Source: an uncultured Methanosarcinales archaeon (GTDB lineage Archaea; Nanobdellota; Nanobdellia; Woesearchaeales; JAGVZT01). Taken from it: a DNA stretch of 19,958 nt. Where the stretch lies: NCBI GenBank assembly GCA_964419615.1, contig CAYQPU010000033.1, forward strand, positions 1-19,958, written 5' to 3'. Position 1 is the stretch's first letter; each line of letters opens with the position of its first letter. Both the position numbers and the translations under genes were made by a program. A model generated the notes under the pieces. The model saw only the letters and a list, made by a program, of their open reading frames with translations, searched no databases and had not been told where the DNA came from. Shown here one piece after another: positions 16,915 to 19,958 of the stretch.

Positions 16915-19485
16915 TTATGGTTGAACCCTCAATCCACCAGTCAGTTCTCTCCAATATCCAAATATTGGATCATTTTCTTCATAAAAAGAATGTATAAGAT
17001 GTGAATTTTTACTTGGCACATTTTCACAACTTTCTGGTTTTATATCATTAGAATACTTGCACATATCTGTATTAAACCCGCCATACTCTATATACAACAA
17101 TGCAAATTTTGAACCATCATGCCTTGTTGTCTCTGTTCTTGCAAGTACTGTTTTACCATTTATATTAGACACATAAATTCTATCAAATCTATGTGCTTTA
17201 TCCATGAAAGTTACAATGTTACTTGGAAGAGGATTAAAAATATGATTCAAAACATCATCAGATGGAGTCCTTAAAAGATTATTAAATTTATTCTTCCAAT
17301 TTGCAAACACAGGCAATAGCACATCACCCTCATTTTCTACACCATACACAAAGCTTCTCTGTTTGTGATTATACCATAAATTTCCATCCTGACACTTCTT
17401 AAACTTATTCTCATCATCCATAACATCATCACAATCTTTAGAATAACCTAAAAGATGATATAGTTTATCCATTGTCATATTTGGATTTAAAGACGAGCCA
17501 ATTGCCTGAATATTACCTTCCCCCCCAGTAAGCACACAAAACTTACCCAGACATGCACTATAATCACACTCACCAGTATTTAATAAATAATCACTCGCAA
17601 TCTCTCCGTCTGGGAAAATCTTTGTGATATAATTAAGAGATAATCTGGGATCTTCGCAAAAAACAACATAATCATCTGCATAATCATTATTTGCTTTCTG
17701 TAATAATTCCAAGGCAACATTCCTTGTTCTTGAGGTCCAATTTCCCTGCTCACACATATTATCAATAATATATTGAGTATCGCTAATACAAACCGGGCTT
17801 TTATTAGGATCAGCTAAAAAATAATTTTCAGGTATATCATTATAATTTTTATTTCCATTATTCAAAACAAGGCACTGTTCAGCTTTCTCACAACAACCAG
17901 TTTCTCTATTACCCCAACTATACCTCTCAAATTCTGAACTGTCATCACCACAGCATTCTCCTCCACTCCAGGAATAGCCCATTGCCTCACATAATTGTTG
18001 GTCATTGTCTGGATCTACTAAAAACTCAGCGTGTTTATTCCATTCTGGATACACTCCACTTTGATAATAACCAAAAGAATGTCTTGCCATCCCATACACA
18101 TTATAAGTTTCCCAGTTCCATCCCGGTTTAAATTCAACAATATATGATGAAACAATGCTGTTATTAATTTTGTTACGATTAGAAGGTCCAATCAATAAAC
18201 TGGATGTACCATCATAATTATCTAATACTGTGCTTCCACCTGCAGCTTGGCTCCAGCATTGTGTAGGATCTGAGACTGCATTTGCCATAACATAACCCTG
18301 TCCTCTTAACCAGCCAGCACCAACATATTCCACAAGTCTCTGCTCAAAATTAGCAGAACAACCAGTATCTCCCCCACCAGCTTCAGTATTGGAATATACT
18401 CTCTTTGGAGCTAAAGCAAGCCATATCTCATCTAAGTTATCTGCATCTATGCTGTCAGTGACCCTGACTGAGAATTTGTATTTTGCTGTGCTGAGTTTAG
18501 TGAAAGTGACAGCATCAACATCTAATTCAACAACACAATTAAGCGGGCAGACATCGCCAGCTTCTTTCTCATCACACACAGGTAATGCTCCGCAGTCAGC
18601 TTCACATTTGCCGTCTGCCTCCCTGTGGTATGAGTCGCAGCAGATTCCTCCTCCTTTGCAGAAGAATCCAGAAGGACAAGAGTCTGAAACCCATTGCTCT
18701 GATCCCTGGCCGCAATCAGGTGAACGGGTCTGTTTCTGTTCTCTCTTTGTTCCTGAACATCTAATTTCTCCTGTATTTGTCCAGGCACCAGGCACACAAG
18801 GGGGAGGGGGTGGTGGAGGAGGATCACCTTTATTATGAACCAACACACCACCTGCAAAAAAAGTGTTAGTGTTTGAAACCTTTTTTAGATTGTAAGTCTG
18901 GACTTCTTCTACAATATGAACAATACCAATAATTTTCACCCAATTATCTTGTTTAAAAACATAATCCCCTCTTTTAATTGGTTTAACATCCATACCTGCA
19001 TCTAAAAGAGTAATTTCAGGGATAATGGATGCCCAACCTTGATACTCAGAATTGTTAATATAAATTGGATGTTCATTTGTGACATTCAATTCAGTTCCAT
19101 CTTCAAATTTAATTGTATAATAATCTTTTCTAATTGGAGATTCTAGTTCTAATACAGTTACATTAATATATTCTTTTTTAAACTCATCATAACCAAGAAC
19201 AGTATCTCCAACTTTTACATCTTCGATTGGTACTTGAGAACCATTGGATAGTATTATGGGGGTACCTGGAAGGAAGCATGATGAACAACTATCCGTACAA
19301 GAAGGTCTACCTCCACAATCTATTGCAGGATCTGTCCAACAGCCAGGTTCACCCCCACAACAATAATAACGTCCACAATCATCTTGACAACCATCTGCAC
19401 TAACATCTCCTGCCAAAGAAACAAACATAACGCAAACAACAATTGAAAACAACAAGAATTGCTTATTAGATTTACTAGACTTCAT
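16915..19485 (-). CDS. Secreted Cys-rich protein with a Hint (intein-like/Hedgehog-type) autoprocessing domain
   Basis: Signal peptide aa 1-30, 8-Cys peptide aa 31-69, Hint aa 70-218, Pro8 linker, Cys-rich modules, CCGDD motif, large C-terminal domain; no evident C-terminal TM. Confidence 0.9.
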   Translation of the reverse strand: MKSSKSNKQFLLFSIVVCVMFVSLAGDVSADGCQDDCGRYYCCGGEPGCWTDPAIDCGGRPSCTDSCSSCFLPGTPIILSNGSQVPIEDVKVGDTVLGYDEFKKEYINVTVLELESPIRKDYYTIKFEDGTELNVTNEHPIYINNSEYQGWASIIPEITLLDAGMDVKPIKRGDYVFKQDNWVKIIGIVHIVEEVQTYNLKKVSNTNTFFAGGVLVHNKGDPPPPPPPPCVPGAWTNTGEIRCSGTKREQKQTRSPDCGQGSEQWVSDSCPSGFFCKGGGICCDSYHREADGKCEADCGALPVCDEKEAGDVCPLNCVVELDVDAVTFTKLSTAKYKFSVRVTDSIDADNLDEIWLALAPKRVYSNTEAGGGDTGCSANFEQRLVEYVGAGWLRGQGYVMANAVSDPTQCWSQAAGGSTVLDNYDGTSSLLIGPSNRNKINNSIVSSYIVEFKPGWNWETYNVYGMARHSFGYYQSGVYPEWNKHAEFLVDPDNDQQLCEAMGYSWSGGECCGDDSSEFERYSWGNRETGCCEKAEQCLVLNNGNKNYNDIPENYFLADPNKSPVCISDTQYIIDNMCEQGNWTSRTRNVALELLQKANNDYADDYVVFCEDPRLSLNYITKIFPDGEIASDYLLNTGECDYSACLGKFCVLTGGEGNIQAIGSSLNPNMTMDKLYHLLGYSKDCDDVMDDENKFKKCQDGNLWYNHKQRSFVYGVENEGDVLLPVFANWKNKFNNLLRTPSDDVLNHIFNPLPSNIVTFMDKAHRFDRIYVSNINGKTVLARTETTRHDGSKFALLYIEYGGFNTDMCKYSNDIKPESCENVPSKNSHLIHSFYEENDPIFGYWRELTGGLRVQP
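18832..19278 (-). other. Hint domain (149 aa), no homing endonuclease
   Basis: Block A CFLPGTPI, block B LNVTNEHPIY (TxxH), block F/G TYNL...FFAGGVLVHN followed by Lys. Confidence 0.9.
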
Positions 19486-19507
19486 CTTATCTCTACCCTT
19501 TCAAGAC

Positions 19508-19958
19508 TCATTTATCATCACCAACACTTATTTTTTCTAAATGCAAATCTTTTATCACAACATTACTATCTATTAGGGATGGGTAATCCCAGTATCTGGT
19601 AAAACCATCACCTAGTTTAGGAAACCAAACTTCATTAATTATTTTAATAGTTATATTGGTTTCATCACTTATTTTACCAATAGGAATCTTAAATTGCTTT
19701 AAATCAGATGAATTCAGGAAGATAAATTGTTGTTTTTTGTTTTCTTCACTTCCAATTGTGATCTCTATAATAGGGAAAGAAGAATCATAATTATTATTCC
19801 TTTCATAAAAAAATGTTATCTTATCACCTATAATTGTGTAATTTATTAATTTAAAATCAAAATCAAGATATGGATCATACTCATTTAGATAAGACATTCG
19901 GGTTCTAATATTTTTAGCAAAAAAATGATTTAGATGGAAATTATCAGTAAAAACATTA
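19508..19958 (-). CDS. C-terminal part of a hypothetical protein, 5'-truncated by the window edge
   Basis: The frame of 19508..19897 stays open to the window end (NVFTDNFHLNHFFAKNIRTR-MSYL...). Confidence 0.65.
   Translation of the reverse strand, partial: NVFTDNFHLNHFFAKNIRTRMSYLNEYDPYLDFDFKLINYTIIGDKITFFYERNNNYDSSFPIIEITIGSEENKKQQFIFLNSSDLKQFKIPIGKISDETNITIKIINEVWFPKLGDGFTRYWDYPSLIDSNVVIKDLHLEKISVGDDK

Noticed and set aside
6883-17765. Other short nested ORFs (6883, 8863, 10576, 11171, 11364, 12341, 12958, 13360, 15155, 16079, 16289, 17580)
   Set aside because: Each lies largely or wholly inside better-supported genes and has no recognisable features.
18799-18822. G-rich tract (also 3479-3497) as a phase-variation site
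   Set aside because: The runs are interrupted, at most 5 G, and simply encode Pro or Gly linkers in frame.
18389-18857. ORFs 18389..18838 (+) and 18522..18857 (-) overlapping the Hint gene
   Set aside because: Best explained by fewer stop codons in the locally GC-rich block; the Gly run mirrors the Pro8 linker.
18832-19278. Canonical mobile intein
   Set aside because: No homing endonuclease, Lys at +1, and the host is a secreted protein rather than a conserved enzyme.

Overview
AT-rich (roughly 30% GC by eye) window that looks archaeal, most like DPANN (Woesearchaeota/Pacearchaeota-like). The evidence is TATA boxes about 20-30 nt before start codons, PGF-pre-PGF-like surface-protein domains and a typical C-terminal cytoplasmic tail. 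Contents in order: a 5'-truncated giant sequon-rich Ig/cadherin-like surface protein, a membrane metal-hydrolase overlapping a transglutaminase-like gene, ORFans, an MJ1434-type HhH-GPD glycosylase, a type II toxin-antitoxin-like pair with a palindromic operator, an orphan CheR-like methyltransferase, a long reading frame broken by one in-frame TAA, a lipoprotein plus membrane protein pair, a divergent stand-alone CTP-synthase amidoligase domain coupled to a PIG-L/LmbE deacetylase, htpX, an unannotated 47-aa membrane peptide, a secreted Hint-domain protein with an 8-Cys N-terminal peptide, and a 5'-truncated gene at the right edge. No rRNA, tRNA, CRISPR array or transposase was seen. Best candidates for new biology: the CTPS-like/PIG-L operon (13602-15339) and the Hint-released Cys-rich peptide (18832-19485). 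All family calls come from motif recognition by eye; no searches were run.
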